The position numbers and the translations under genes were made by a program. A stretch of 64,000 bases of DNA from Nymphaea colorata (Eukaryota), in assembly GCF_008831285.2 (NCBI RefSeq), contig NC_045138.2, positions 29,636,001 to 29,700,000 of the forward strand, in the 5' to 3' direction. Of this stretch, positions 38,485 to 61,252 are shown in pieces (the stretch's first letter is position 1; every line of letters begins with the position of its first letter). The notes below the pieces were generated by a model. It did no database searches. It was not told the origin of the DNA and was given only the letters and a program-made list of their open reading frames with translations.

Positions 38485-41400
38485 TTTCTCTCTTCATCTC
38501 TCTCTCGGTTTGCTCTTAATTCACTGTTTATAACTTAAGTTGTGTCATCTCTAACTAAATCTTTTCATCTCCTTTTTCGAGGTGAATTAATGCATGTCTA
38601 GAGTTAGATTCATAGGTACATAAACAGGTTGCCTAATTTATTTGCCGGGTTCAAGTTTTTCTTATTCTTCTGATGAAAAATCTCGTGGACATTTTCAGAT
38701 GTGGGTTGGTGGGAGATGAGAAGAGTTACTTTGGAGGCATTCCAGTAAAGAAGATGGAGAATTGGGACGATCAGATGCTGATGATTCCCGACTCCAGTAC
38801 CCAAACAATGGCAGAAGTGAAGAAGGAGCATCTTGATCAGAGCTACGTTTACTCTCTTCATCACCACCAACGAAACAACGGTGAAGATCTCCAAGCAACA
38901 AGACCAACCTGGCCGCAGATTAACCACCCCGTATCTTCACCTCCTAGTTCCTGTATCACTAGCTATAGCAGTAGCATTCTTGATTTCTCCAACAGCAGGC
39001 CAGAGAAACAGCACCACACATCAGATCGTTCAACAGAGGTAATTAATGACAAATTTTTATGCATAATCTACAGAAGACAGAATCAAAGAAGCTAAAATTA
39101 TCCATATTTCCTGAGTCTACATGATGAAATCTTAGGTCGTTTTCTTACTAAGCATGAATTAATTTTGTTGACTATTCATCATCATCATCATCGCCTTGTC
39201 CCAACTTGAATCTCTTGCAAAACCTAGACAATTAGAGGCCTACCCACGTCCTGTAAGTATAGTTACTGAGATAGACTAAGCTAAGAGAAGGAATAAACAT
39301 CAACAGTTATTGGCCGCCTAGTCAAGAAACACTATCCACATCATGTGAATATGAGTCCTAAGGGAACTTCCATTATGTTGGCTATCTATTGTTATGGAAA
39401 TTGAATTTCATGCAGGCTCATAGTTCAAGTACAGAAGGTTAGGGAAATTTAACAGACTAGGAAACTATTTGCATATCATTCAATCATGTTATAGGTCCCA
39501 CTCTGAGTAAGAAAGAATCTCTCGGACAAAGCCAAGTTTTATTTGTTGGAAATTTCGGCAAATCAATTTACATATAAGTTTGACATATATTCTTTAAAGA
39601 AAAATTGTTAGAAAATATGAGCTGCTTTAGCACAAAAAGAGGCTTTACTTGGTATGAGAACATGAACAACTGTGCTCCTTTGGATTCATGTAAAGGCATG
39701 TATGTATAGTCTTTGAAAATAAAGAAGGAATGAAGTTGTTATCCTCTTCTTTTTTGTTTTACTTTGTGAATGACTTTTTCTTCTTTTTTTTTTTTTACTA
39801 GTAGGGGGTTCGACTCACAGCCAGGCGGTATGATGAGATACTTCTTCTGTTCACCCAGAATGACTTCATTTTTTATATGTGCAGTGTAATAGCTCGGCAA
39901 CAGGTTCTGCACCAAAGAAAGCCAGGATTCAGACCACCTCACCTGGACAGACTCAGTTTAAGGTCCCAACCCCAGCCCGTTCTATGTTCATATTACGAGA
40001 ACGAATGCTTCAGTTTTTTTTTTTTTTTTCAGATCAATAGTACCAGAAGTACTGAACCCTTGGAATTTTGTAGGTTAGAAAGGAGAAATTGGGTGACAGA
40101 ATCGCAGCTCTACACCAACTTGTTTCCCCCTTTGGAAAGGTATATAAGAAACTCTAAATCAGCTTACCTTTTCTTTTCCTTTCTTTTTCAAAAGTTAAAA
40201 CAGAAGTAGCTAGAATTGGTGGTTGCACCGGCAAGTTAAAACCGCAGAAGTTGCACATTCAGGTGCCTGGTGGGAACTGATGCAACCAAAAAACAGAAGA
40301 AAAAGAAAATTCATTAATTGAAAAAAAAAGATGATAAAATTAATACTTTGTTTTTCATCTTTTTTTTTCCCACTGCCATGGTTCTGTTTTTAACCTATTC
40401 TGTTGTTGGGATTATACTCTGAGAGATGGGTGTGGTTTCTTTTGCAGACTGACACTGCGTCTGTATTGCTAGAAGCTATTGGGTACATAAGATTCCTTCA
40501 GAGTCAAATTGAGGTGATGCCTTCCTTTCATTCACAAACAAACCAAGAATATGACACACACTCACTTACACTGAAACAGCACGCACTAAAAGCGAAGATT
40601 ATGGTCATCTACAGTTCTTGGAGTTAGCACAGTCAAGCCATGGCCTAAATATTCTCCTCTTTTGGTTGCAGTGCTTGAGCTCCCCGTACATGGGCAGTGC
40701 CTCAGCATGCTTGGCAGAGCCTGTAAGTCGGCAACAACAACCAAACAGACATTTGAAAACATTTCAGCACCACGATGAGAGAGCACTAACGAGTTCAAAG
40801 TTTTTTGTGTCAGGTACAATGTGAGAGAGGAGGTTGCATATTCCCAGAAGACCCAGGACAGGTGAGCTTTATTGGATCCACGGCCGCATCAGAAATGTGC
40901 TATCCTTCCCTTGCGTGAACTTCATTATTTTATTACATCCCCTTCACATATACTGCATTGAGCAGTGAGCTAACTTTACAGCCTTTTGGTTCTTCTGTTA
41001 AATTTGGAAAGCACGTTCTTGTGTCTGTGTGTGTATATATATATATATATATAAAGAGAGAGAGAGGGAAAGAGCTCCAGGAAATGCATCCTCAACAGTT
41101 TCAACGCTTTTGCTTAATCTGAACTTACAAATATATTATGTTAACTTGCTTGGTATAATGCAAGAAACAGACCAGCTTTTTCTTTTTGTTTAGATGCCTT
41201 TTAGAGATAGCAAAGAGCCAAATTTCATATATCGATCATGAAGAACTTCGTGAAATAAAGAACAAAATTTCTTCTCGGAGTCCAAATTTAGCTACTGGTT
41301 GAACCAAACAGAAGAAGTTATATAAACAACTATTTTTTCCGAAAAGCGTCTAGAAATTCGGTCGTGAACTGTTCACCAGAGTGGTCTCTCCCCCTCGCTC

Positions 41401-42651
41401 TCTCTCTGTAGTATCTATCTATCTTTCAGGTTGCACGCACACACGGTCACACGCACGAAGATCGCGTACTGTCAACTCAGTGTCTTCTTTTTATTGCCAA
41501 ACAGTTGCTGAATGAATCGTGCTTGAAGAGAAGAGCGGCAGCAGATCAGGTACGCAGTGACTTGTCATGAACCCTACTTCTTGTTCGACCCATCCGCGAA
41601 TGAAAAGTGAAAGCAGAAGCCTCGACGGCCAAGAGAAGGAAAGCGGGAAAACTGGACAGGCTTCCCACCTTTTCTTCCTCAACGATGCCCTTTAGTAACC
41701 TTTCCTTCTTTTCAACAAAAAGCTACTTTATTTTTCTGTCTTCAACCGCCCCCCTTCTTTATTCTTCTATATATATATATATATATACATGCACGCATGC
41801 ATGTGCATATACATACATGCATACATGATACATATGTGATGCATATGTATGTAGTAACTTCATTCAAAGTTCTCAATTTTATACCCATATGTGTGTGTCA
41901 TGCACTTGCATGCATGCATGTGCATATACATACATGCATACATGATACACATGTATGTAGTAACTTCATTCAAAGTTTTCAATTTTATACCCTTCATAGT
42001 TCATTTTTACCATTATAATTAGGAATTCTTGCAATATCTTTCTATAAGAATCACAGTGTCATTTTAAACCAAAAAAAAAAAAAGGTCGCTAACGTTTATG
42101 TACATGAAAGGAAAATTTAGCTCATGGCACACAACATTTGCCGAGTTAAACTGAGTGAGAACGAGTCAAACACGTGACTCCTCAAAACTACAGCAAAACC
42201 ATGTAATGATACATGCGTAGTCGCAGATTTTAGTGCACAAATTCCACAACTTACTTATTTGGCGATCGAACTCAAACGGACGGATTGCTTCTTTTAGATT
42301 TTAAGTAAACACAGATTGTTTTCAAACGCCTGTCAATGAAAGTCATTTTTCTTGGAAATTTATTAGAAATCTATGAATTGAAAGTATATGTTAACCGCTT
42401 TGATTAGTGGACGCGTCATGTCATGCCATGCCACCATTAGAAACACATCCAAAATGGCATGCTTAGGAGACGTAAAGCTAACCCACTCGGGTCAAGTCAA
42501 AGTTGTTACGAAAACTGGGTCTGGTTTTGAAGAAGCTGGTCAACGACTTGTTAGCCTGTTAAATATAATAAACTGGTTCTGATTTTGCTTAGCGTCCCAT
42601 TCATCCCCATAGTTAACCGATGGATTTCAATCTCTCTCTCACTCTCTCACT

Positions 42652-42718
<67 letters not shown>

Positions 42719-43703
42719 AAGAGAGAGGGGAGCGTAAAAATTAGACACCAGGATAAAAACTAAACCCATTGATTTTTTATTTTAGAGAGTGTTGTGTTGT
42801 TTTTTTTTGGCAATCTAACCTTATTGATATGATCTTAAGAATGTGTTGATAATTTGTTAAACATCAAGGTGTTTTTTTAATAAGAAAAAGTGAACAGCCA
42901 CATGCCATGATAATAAAAAATAAATACTTTCATTAAAACAATTGAATCAAGCATGATTTATATCAAAATAGTCTTTATAATTATAACAAGATGTTTACAT
43001 TGTATTTAAAATAGTTTTTAAAATCAATGGGTCTGGTTTTATCTTTGATCTAGTTTTTTACCAACCTCTCTCTCTCTCTCTCCCCCTCTAAATATGTATA
43101 TATATATATATGTATATATAGAGTGGGTTGAAAACTTTTCACTCTGGTTACATCACAACCAACAAATCCTTTTGAAAGAATAGTTCGGCCTAGAATGTCC
43201 GACTCCTTTTCCTTAATTAGTTTTCCCTTGCTATCAAACGCTTTCTAACAGAGTGCTTTGTTTGGCTTTGAGGAAAACCATATTCGACCCATATTTTATT
43301 AATCACTTTTTTTAACTTATATTTAATCTTTCGGTTATTATTTTATGGGTAAGACTGAAAAAGTGAGATATTTCCACACTCTATCTCATAAAAAGTCGTT
43401 TTATATGAAGTGTCGACCTGTGAACTTGCCGAACTCAATGCATTAATTCCAAGTTAATTCATTCCTCTTTATAAGAAAATGAGTTTTTGTTAACTTATAA
43501 TTTTTCTTAATTTAGGCTTTTATATATATTTATCCGATTTTTCTTTTTCCCCCGTCTAATACCAGCAGGTGAGGGACGAGCAGAAGAAGGACCTAAGGAG
43601 CAGAGGGCTGTGCCTTGTGCCTGTGTCTTGTATTCTGCCCGTTGGTAGCGAGAATGGTGCTGATTTTTGGGCTCCGGCGATCGGTGGAGGCGGATTCCGG
43701 TGA
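37869..43703 (+). CDS. bHLH transcription factor, bHLH68/bHLH133-like; 9 coding exons
   Basis: Exons 37869-38167, 38699-39038, 39885-39962, 40074-40139, 40448-40513, 40672-40722, 40814-40861, 41505-41549, 43566/43569-43703. N-terminal [11 protein letters not shown] and SWSQLLL motifs, b[61 protein letters not shown]-terminal [14 protein letters not shown]...NGADFWAP. Confidence 0.92.
38118..38433 (+). repeat. Three diverged tandem copies of the bHLH exon1/intron1 junction separated by CT tracts
   Basis: TCATGGAAC...GAGCCAATTACTCTTGTA (38118), TCACGGATGCAAAC...GAGCCAATTGCTCTTGTA (38277), TCATGGAATGCAAAC...GAGCCCATTGTTCTAGTA (38371). Confidence 0.75.
41795..41992. repeat. ~117-bp imperfect tandem duplication in bHLH intron 8
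   Basis: GCATGCATGTGCATATACATACATGCATACATGATAC...GTAGTAACTTCATTCAAAGTT.TCAATTTTATACCC occurs twice. Confidence 0.85.
42733..43062. mobile_element. Fold-back MITE with ~42-bp TIRs embedded in microsatellites (bHLH intron 8)
   Basis: GTAAAAATTAGACACCAGGATAAAAACTAAACCCATTGATTTT is the approximate reverse complement of AAAATCAATGGGTCTGGTTTTATCTTTGATCTAGTTTTTTAC; flanked by (TA)n(GA)n on the left and (CT)n(TA)n on the right. Confidence 0.75.
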
Positions 43704-44435
43704 GGGATCATATGCGGAAGCATACTTGGAGCTCAGTGGATTGATATAACATCATGAGCGGTCAATCTGCTCAAGATATCGAAGGCTGATTGCTCATGAT
43801 GCTATGTCTCTTTTCTCTCCCTCCTTGTATCAATAATCAAGCCTGCGACCTTTCATGGCTGCCCACCACTCCACTCTCTTCTTCATCAGTTGTTTCTTAA
43901 TTTTTAATATTTTCATAGCCTGCTTCCTTCTGTACTCTCTACCACTAAATTAGTAGTATGACTTTAATTCTGCTGCCTTTATTTAAAGCATCTATACTTC
44001 CAAACAAGTTCCTGACTTCTCTTACCTTTTCATTTAGTTACTCTTGAGAGAAAGAGAGAGAAACAAAGGTGCATTGATGTATTATAAATATATGTGATTA
44101 TCCTGCCCAACTTTATTTAGAGATGTTACTATATATTACATAGTGACATTGGTTCAAAAGTGCGATTAATTTGCTTTTTTTTTTTTTTTCTACTTTGTGT
44201 TTTTCTTTTCTTTTTTCGGCATTAAGGAAAATTCACACTACTTCGAAAGGTGAATTCTGAATCAAGGAAACGTAGAACATTGCAGTTTTTGGATTATCTT
44301 TTTGAAAGAGAGGCAATATAATTTTAGTACTCTACAGGATGAACTAATTATTGAAGCTAATTGCTAATTATGCATAAGTATTGTTCATTGGAAACTCCAT
44401 TGTTGTATGGGGTAGGTTACATTGGTTGGATAAGA

Positions 44436-44538
44436 AGGCATTTGGTAACAAGAACACTACGTTCTTTGGGACACAATGTTTCATGAACATGGAACATTGT
44501 GTTCCAAAAATACAATGTTTCCTGTTTCTAAATGCCCT
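44436..44538. mobile_element. Short palindromic Tourist/PIF-Harbinger-like MITE
   Basis: AGGCATTTGGTAACAAGAACA...TTTGGGACACAATGTTTCATG AA CATGGAACATTGTGTTCCAAA...TGTTTCCTGTTTCTAAATGCCCT; near-complete fold-back. Confidence 0.7.
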
Positions 44539-44549
44539 CGGTCTGTTTA

Positions 44550-44951
44550 GTAAATGGGTCATATTTGAATAGTATATACCTTTTTAAGTATATCCACTTT
44601 TTTGGATGTTCACATATTTCGATTCGCGATTCAAATATGAATGAAAAAAAGTTATATTTGAATATGGATCTAAATTTGAAACCTGATTTCCAATCCGAAT
44701 CCAATTTTTAAATCCACATCCAACCTTTTAAGCCGAATTCGACAGGTTTTCAAAAATACAAGGGCATCGAATATGGGGTATTTATTTAAAATTGAATCTG
44801 ATCAGATAAATATATACATCTGAATATGATCGGATGTCATTTCTTAAATCCAAGTCTGGTATGATTTCTTAATCAAATATAATACTTTTTCCATGTCCGA
44901 TTCCAGAATGGTTCGGTGGATATCTGATCCAAGTTGAATATGTTGACATCT
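44550..44951 (-). mobile_element. hAT-type MITE of the 61494 family in reverse orientation
   Basis: Contains GGATGTCATTTCTTAAAT (reverse complement of the family core), repeated ATCCGA/TCGGAT motifs, and ends in GTTGACATC. Confidence 0.6.
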
Positions 44952-46438
44952 GGAGATTGATTGCAAGTGTTCGATGTCGTGACCACGCATCACGTAGCCC
45001 AAACGATGACAACATAGGAAAATGACTTTACATGCAAGCGCTAGTTGCTTGCTTGGTTTGGCTTGCAGAAAGTCCCCTTCATGATAACCACACTAAGAAA
45101 ATGATAGATGGATGTAAACCTCAATCATATTCATAAAAAAAGCCAACATGTATATGCAGTGTGGTCTCCTTTATGTACATACTGGTCATGTTATATATAC
45201 ATCATAGCACATGATTCTGCATATATAAAAACCTAAGATCTGAAAAATCCAATTACCAACAAATTTAAAACATCTGAACATGATTAGATACATTACATTA
45301 TTGGCCATAAAAAAAAAAACTGAAGTACCTAAGTATTAATAAATGTGACAGGTGAAATGAGCTGGTAAAAGTATGCATGTGACATAGGCTAGTAAGCGTC
45401 AATCAGCATTTACTGGACTTGCTTTCTTTTCCTATTAAATAGCAATATTTTACTGTTAACGACACTTGTTGAAACAAAAAAAAAAAGAGAAAGATCAAAT
45501 CCAAAAAATAAACTTTGTTTTCAAGAGAACAAGCAGCGTTCTTGCGATCTCAGCAATTGCTAATTGGAAATTTAGAACATAATCTTACTGTATGAAAATT
45601 TATTGTTGCATTTATGTATTGTTGTGAGAAAAGCAAACTTTTGTGGGCCAACCTTACATGTCATGCTAGTAGTTGCAACTGCTTCTATTGCACTTAACCT
45701 TTTCTTTTATGGAATTGCCTTTGTAAATTTTGGTATTTATAGTTTACTGCCAATAAAAAAATAAACAAATCCAGATAACTTAAGCGACCAGCAACTCAAC
45801 TCAGTAGTGAAAACTGCCCAAGGCTAGGCACGAGAGCCGAAGCCTGTTCCTCCTTTCCATTGTCCATAGAGTTCTAGAGCTACAGCATGAGGCAAGATCT
45901 TTTTGTGTTTCAACTTACACATATAGCTTAAGCTGAACCAAAAGACCATCCAAGGTAAATAAATTAAATTTTACTTTTAATTTGTTAATTGATATTTTTA
46001 AAATAAATGATCCACTGGTCTCCTATTAGTAAAGAGTGCTTTTATTAATACTTATGTCCTTGTTGGTTTGTATTAAAAATAAAAAGGATTAGAATAATCC
46101 GCGTTCTGAAATTTCCAGAAACAGTCGGACGTATGTAGGAATAAGAAAATTTACGGCCTCGTTTTGGTTAAAACATCACCCGCCAAAATGGGGACTTCAG
46201 TTCAGCTTCAGCGCCACCGAAATAGAAAGACTCCTCACAGTCACAGCTTCTTAGCCCACACTATCTCTTCATTTATTACCGTTCGTCTTCTCCGCTACTT
46301 CTCCCTCCACCAGAAGTACGTCCTGCCGATGATCGTGGCTTAAATTCGCCTCCCCATTTTCCCTTCCCTCGAAGCCGTCGTCGGCGCCCAATTTCCGTTC
46401 CCGTTTCTTTGTCTTGCGCTGGACGTTCCCTTCGCGCC

Positions 46439-46474
46439 ATGCGCAGGGGAGGCGTCGGCTTTCACCGTCACTGA
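46439..46474 (+). promoter_or_regulatory. uORF (MRRGGVGFHRH*) immediately upstream of VTE1
   Basis: GCCATGC context at 46439; TGA ends at 46474, 8 nt before the main ATG at 46483. Confidence 0.5.
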
Positions 46475-46482
46475 AGAACGCC

Positions 46483-56635
<10,153 letters not shown>

Positions 56636-58860
56636 TTTTGCCAAAATTGTTTTTTGCACCTTTACTGCAGATTGTGCTTCAGTAATTAGACTGGGCAAAT
56701 CTCAATAGCTAGGCACCTCTCCACGAGTAAAAACATATATGGAAATTCCTTCTCTCAGATCCATACCATTGTTTGTCATACATCTAGATGCCACGAAGCT
56801 GGAACTAATATTTCATGGTCAGACATCCACCAAAAATTACCCAATGTGCATGTGATTGGTTTCTGGCATATCTTCAAAAGTTCTGGCATCGTTTACTTTA
56901 GAAGCAGGTTTCAAAGAGGAGATATTGTCCTAGAAGAAGACGATAAGTATTGAAACAACCCTTGTACAAATGACATAATTGTATGCTGGAATAAATGCTT
57001 TGGATCTGTTATTGCATAGTGTTCTTTTGGTGTGTCTATGAGACCGCTTGCTAATGATTCATTGATTACAATTGCTGGAGATGCTTGCCTTTTGCCGGTT
57101 GTTTTCAGAATGAAAGAAGCTGCAGATTTTTTATTAAAAATTATTGGAATATGTAATCGGCTTGCATTGTGATCTTAATTTCAGAACGATTTAGGTAATG
57201 AAGGTCAGACATCAGCTTAGTGGTCCCATCCTCCAGCCTGGTTTGGAGCATGATCGGAAAATATGTCCTCGCCTTGTAAACAGCGAGGTTTTTCTTGAGT
57301 ATAATAGCTTGAAAGAACGAGAAAAATATGATATTTTAAAGAAAAAAATAAAAAAACTTAAAAACTAAGAGAAAATAAGATAAACGAGAAAATAATAACA
57401 AAAATAAAAAAAAACAAGTAAGCAACATATAAAAATTTAAAAATAAAACCAAGCAGCTTGGCATTAAAAAGCACGAAGAAAAACTTAAAATAAAAAGTGG
57501 GTTTTTCATTTTGGTGTATAAAAACGGTATTTTTTTAAAATTTTACACGACTTATTTCTCGCGTTTTAGACACTTCTTTTACTAAACATGTTTTTTATGA
57601 CTACTTTCGAACTTTCTCTGAACTTATGACCACAATGTGACGAACTCCCAGGTCCACATCTCCGAACTTCTCTTTCTAGTGAATAATTGTTCGTTGCACT
57701 TTCTTTGTTGTCAATTTGACGTAGTCCTGCTCACACCAATCCTCATGGGTCTGAACCTGTAGTTAATAATTTGGTTGGGTCTGCAAATTTTCAATTATAG
57801 GAATGCAGAAACCATGTGGTCATGTAGAACCAAGTCTGGTTTTTCTAATCTTGCTATCACTTGGTTATCCTAGTCGTAAGTTAAGTTGCCTCTTGATCTA
57901 TCCATTTATAATGTTAGGCCTAGATCTTAAGATTCCAAACCCACCTGGCTCGGTCATTGATAGGAACTGGTTGTCACCTCTTCGTAATATAATGCTCCTT
58001 CTGATCGGAAATGCTGAAGTTGTTCACATGCTCTGTTTAGTCATGCATTCCAATTTTATCAGATGTCTCCGAAGAGAACGGTCTAGGCCTCTGTATCGTT
58101 CCAATTTTATCAGATGTCTCGGTTCGGACCTCAATTTTGCCGGAGCTTTTGCATTCATTACCATGAGATCCTATATGACGCGGAACGATCATTTTGAGCA
58201 CGACCGAAGCTCGGTGTGAGCGAAGCCACCTAAAGCTTATCCAAATCCTAAAGCTTATCCAAATCAAGTATAGTAGTTTGGGATTTCGTTTCTGTGGAAC
58301 TTAATGCTGTTATAGCTACAATGGCGATCTCAATGGGACCGATAGGGAGAAGCCCATGTTGTTTTACAGATCACAAGAAAATTGAAAAGACATTACATAT
58401 GCAAGCAAACATGGAAAAAAAGAAAAACAGTTTTCATTACAAGAAATTAATAAGAAAATTGTGTAAGGGCGAACTTACAGAAGGTAGTAGAAAAGAAATA
58501 GAGAAAATTCTAAGATCACGCCTATTCTATATCGTTAAAAGCACACTCCAAGTCTTTTTAATCTTTGTGCTTTTCAAAAAATTAATCGGTGATGTCTTGT
58601 AACGTTTATGATATGAGTGCACCCATATGCTCGAGTCTGGAGGCAAAAGACGTGATCCAGAAAACTCATCTTTTTCCCTTTTTCGCTTACAAAACCAATC
58701 ATGGATATGATGTCACGCAGATTCAACAACGAAGTCATATTTTCTATCGAGGAGATTTTGTGAGCATTTAAAACAATAGATTGGTTTCTATCTGTTTACA
58801 AAACTTTCTTATCCTGTTAAACTTGATTTCTATTAGGATTACATGGGTTGTTTAATACAT

Positions 58861-59045
58861 TAGAAGTCGGTTTGAAGCAAATTTAGTTTAGTACAAAAGA
58901 AAATGACAAGACATTCAAACCAGATCTGACACATTTGCTCTGAATACTGTCAGATTTGGATCTGAGCAGCAAAATACATTAGAAGTCACGTTGGGATCAA
59001 GTCTAGTACAACAGAAAATATCAAGACCCTCAAACAATATCTGAC
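58861..59045. repeat. Diverged ~120-bp tandem duplication
   Basis: AATACATTAGAAGTC...TAGTACAA.AGAAAAT..CAAGAC..TCAAAC...ATCTGAC occurs twice. Confidence 0.65.
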
Positions 59046-59119
59046 TGATCATTTGCTACTCAAGTTTCCATACTGATTCTGGAGCTTTCAGACATAACAT
59101 GGATGACATGGTTTTACTC

Positions 59120-59186
<67 letters not shown>

Positions 59187-60049
59187 AGAAAATTGAATAG
59201 GGACTTTGACTAGAGTCATTTAGTCATCTAATAAAAAAAACAAAGAAAAAATGTAATGGTTATTTTCGTTATCTAATACTTATTTTTATTTATTTTTTTA
59301 TGTTTTTCTTTCAACCATCCAAGGTTATCATTCACTCATTCTAATATATATATATATAAAGTGTGAAAACAGTTAAGGCAGCAGGAGGTATGACAAATCC
59401 AGCAGTGCGGTACATCGTTTTGATGGTGGTTGGGTGAATCTCTTCGTGGGGAGCAGACAAGGGAAACGATGGACTGCAATTCTAGATTGTAGCAGAGTGA
59501 TGCCAAACCATTAAAATATGTATCCACCTCTACAGCAACAGCAGCGGTTCATCAATGCATTATACACCTACCCATGATGGAAGCCCATCAGCAAATCCTG
59601 TTCCGTCTTCTGAAGTGCATCCAACTTCTTAAAATATAATGCACTATCTTTGCAACTTGCAAACCTTTCGGTTTCACAAAAAGTTAGAAAACTTTTTATT
59701 TCTCGTCTGCCTTCTTCACTTCTAGCACGAATCATGCTGAAAGCGTGGCTTTTGAATATCTTCCAACTCGTGAAGTCAGCGCACCAGTGAATTGTAGGGT
59801 TTTCGGTTGGCTTCTCGAATCTCTGACAACCTTCTTTTACTTTCTAAGGGGCAGAAGAATTATGAACAGATTTAAATGCCCACAGATTCATCCGTTGGTG
59901 ATGTTCAACTCTGTTTTTCATAATAAGTAATCAAATCTCAACTTTCTAGCATTGACTTGACTTCTCTATATTTAGCCAATCATTCTTCTGGACTTTTATC
60001 AGTATCTCTAGCTTTGAAGGCCCCTTGCTGAAGAGGAGGAGTGACTGCA

Positions 60050-61080
60050 ATGGAGCTTCTGAAAGCCATCTTCATGGTTTTACTGGCCTTATGGAGAAAT
60101 ACCGATGTCCCAGAAGGGATGGCTTCCAGGAAAACACTGAAACTGATCAGTAAGATCAATAGCGATGGTCCTTACATTGGCTTGGTGGTGCCCAACCCTT
60201 TCGAGATGGACCCTCTTCTGCAATCTCCTAGTTTCAAGAAGGATGCAACTACTCCACATTTTGATTTCTCAGGTAAATCCACATTCTGCTCTCATGGTAG
60301 CTTCCTCTTTGTCTGCATTGAAGTTGCAAAGTTGCAGGTTAACTGAGAATGAGCCTTTACCTTTTCTTCCAATTTTGATTCTCAATCATGTTCTTGATCT
60401 TTCAAGTATAAAATTAGTCTGTTGAAGGCAGCAAACTGTTTCGGATCATCTCTTCCCCTTCTCTTTATTACCCATCTCAAAACAAAACAGCAAAGTTGTA
60501 GTCAAAATGGTGCACTTTTTGCTTGTGAGAAAATTACTGAGTTGCCTAAATTTTGGGTATAATGAACACGATTCCAACAGACAGAACTCTGTCAAACATT
60601 TGGTGTTTTGATTTTGCAGGGAGAAGGTTCAGATTTGGCAAGATTGGAAAGAAGAAAGTCATTGTAGTTATGACAGGATTAAGCATGGTAATGTGTTTCT
60701 GCACCTTTCAGTGTGTGATCTGCAATACGCTACCATGGCGCCATATGATTTCCTGGTTTCTCTTTTTATTGTTTCGATAGCTTAATGCAGGCATAACAAC
60801 ACAGTTGCTATTAAGTTTATTTAGAGTTGAAGGAGTTGTGCATTTTGGGGTAGCAGGCAATGCCAATCCCAGCCTTCAAATTGGAGATGTGACCATTCCT
60901 CAGTTTTGGGCTCACACTGGTCTCTGGAACTGGCAGGTATTACTTTGTTTTTGATATTCTTGTATAAAATTTTACGAAAAACATGCTCAGATTTTGCTTG
61001 ACTAACAAAAACACACTCCAATTTTGATTTACTTTATTTAACCACACATTTTATACCTAAACTTAAGTATGTTTTTGTTG

Positions 61081-61177
<97 letters not shown>

Positions 61178-61212
61178 AGGGTTATTGAAATCCTATGGCC
61201 ATCAATCCATCT

Positions 61213-61252
<40 letters not shown>

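Noticed and set aside
39783..39830. B-box-like GGTTCGACTC next to poly(T) (tRNA or SINE)
   Set aside because: No cloverleaf, A box or TSD; too short to call.
57803..58219. 138-aa ORF after VTE1
   Set aside because: No recognisable domain; partly generated by a short direct repeat (TTCCAATTTTATCAGATGTCTC twice).
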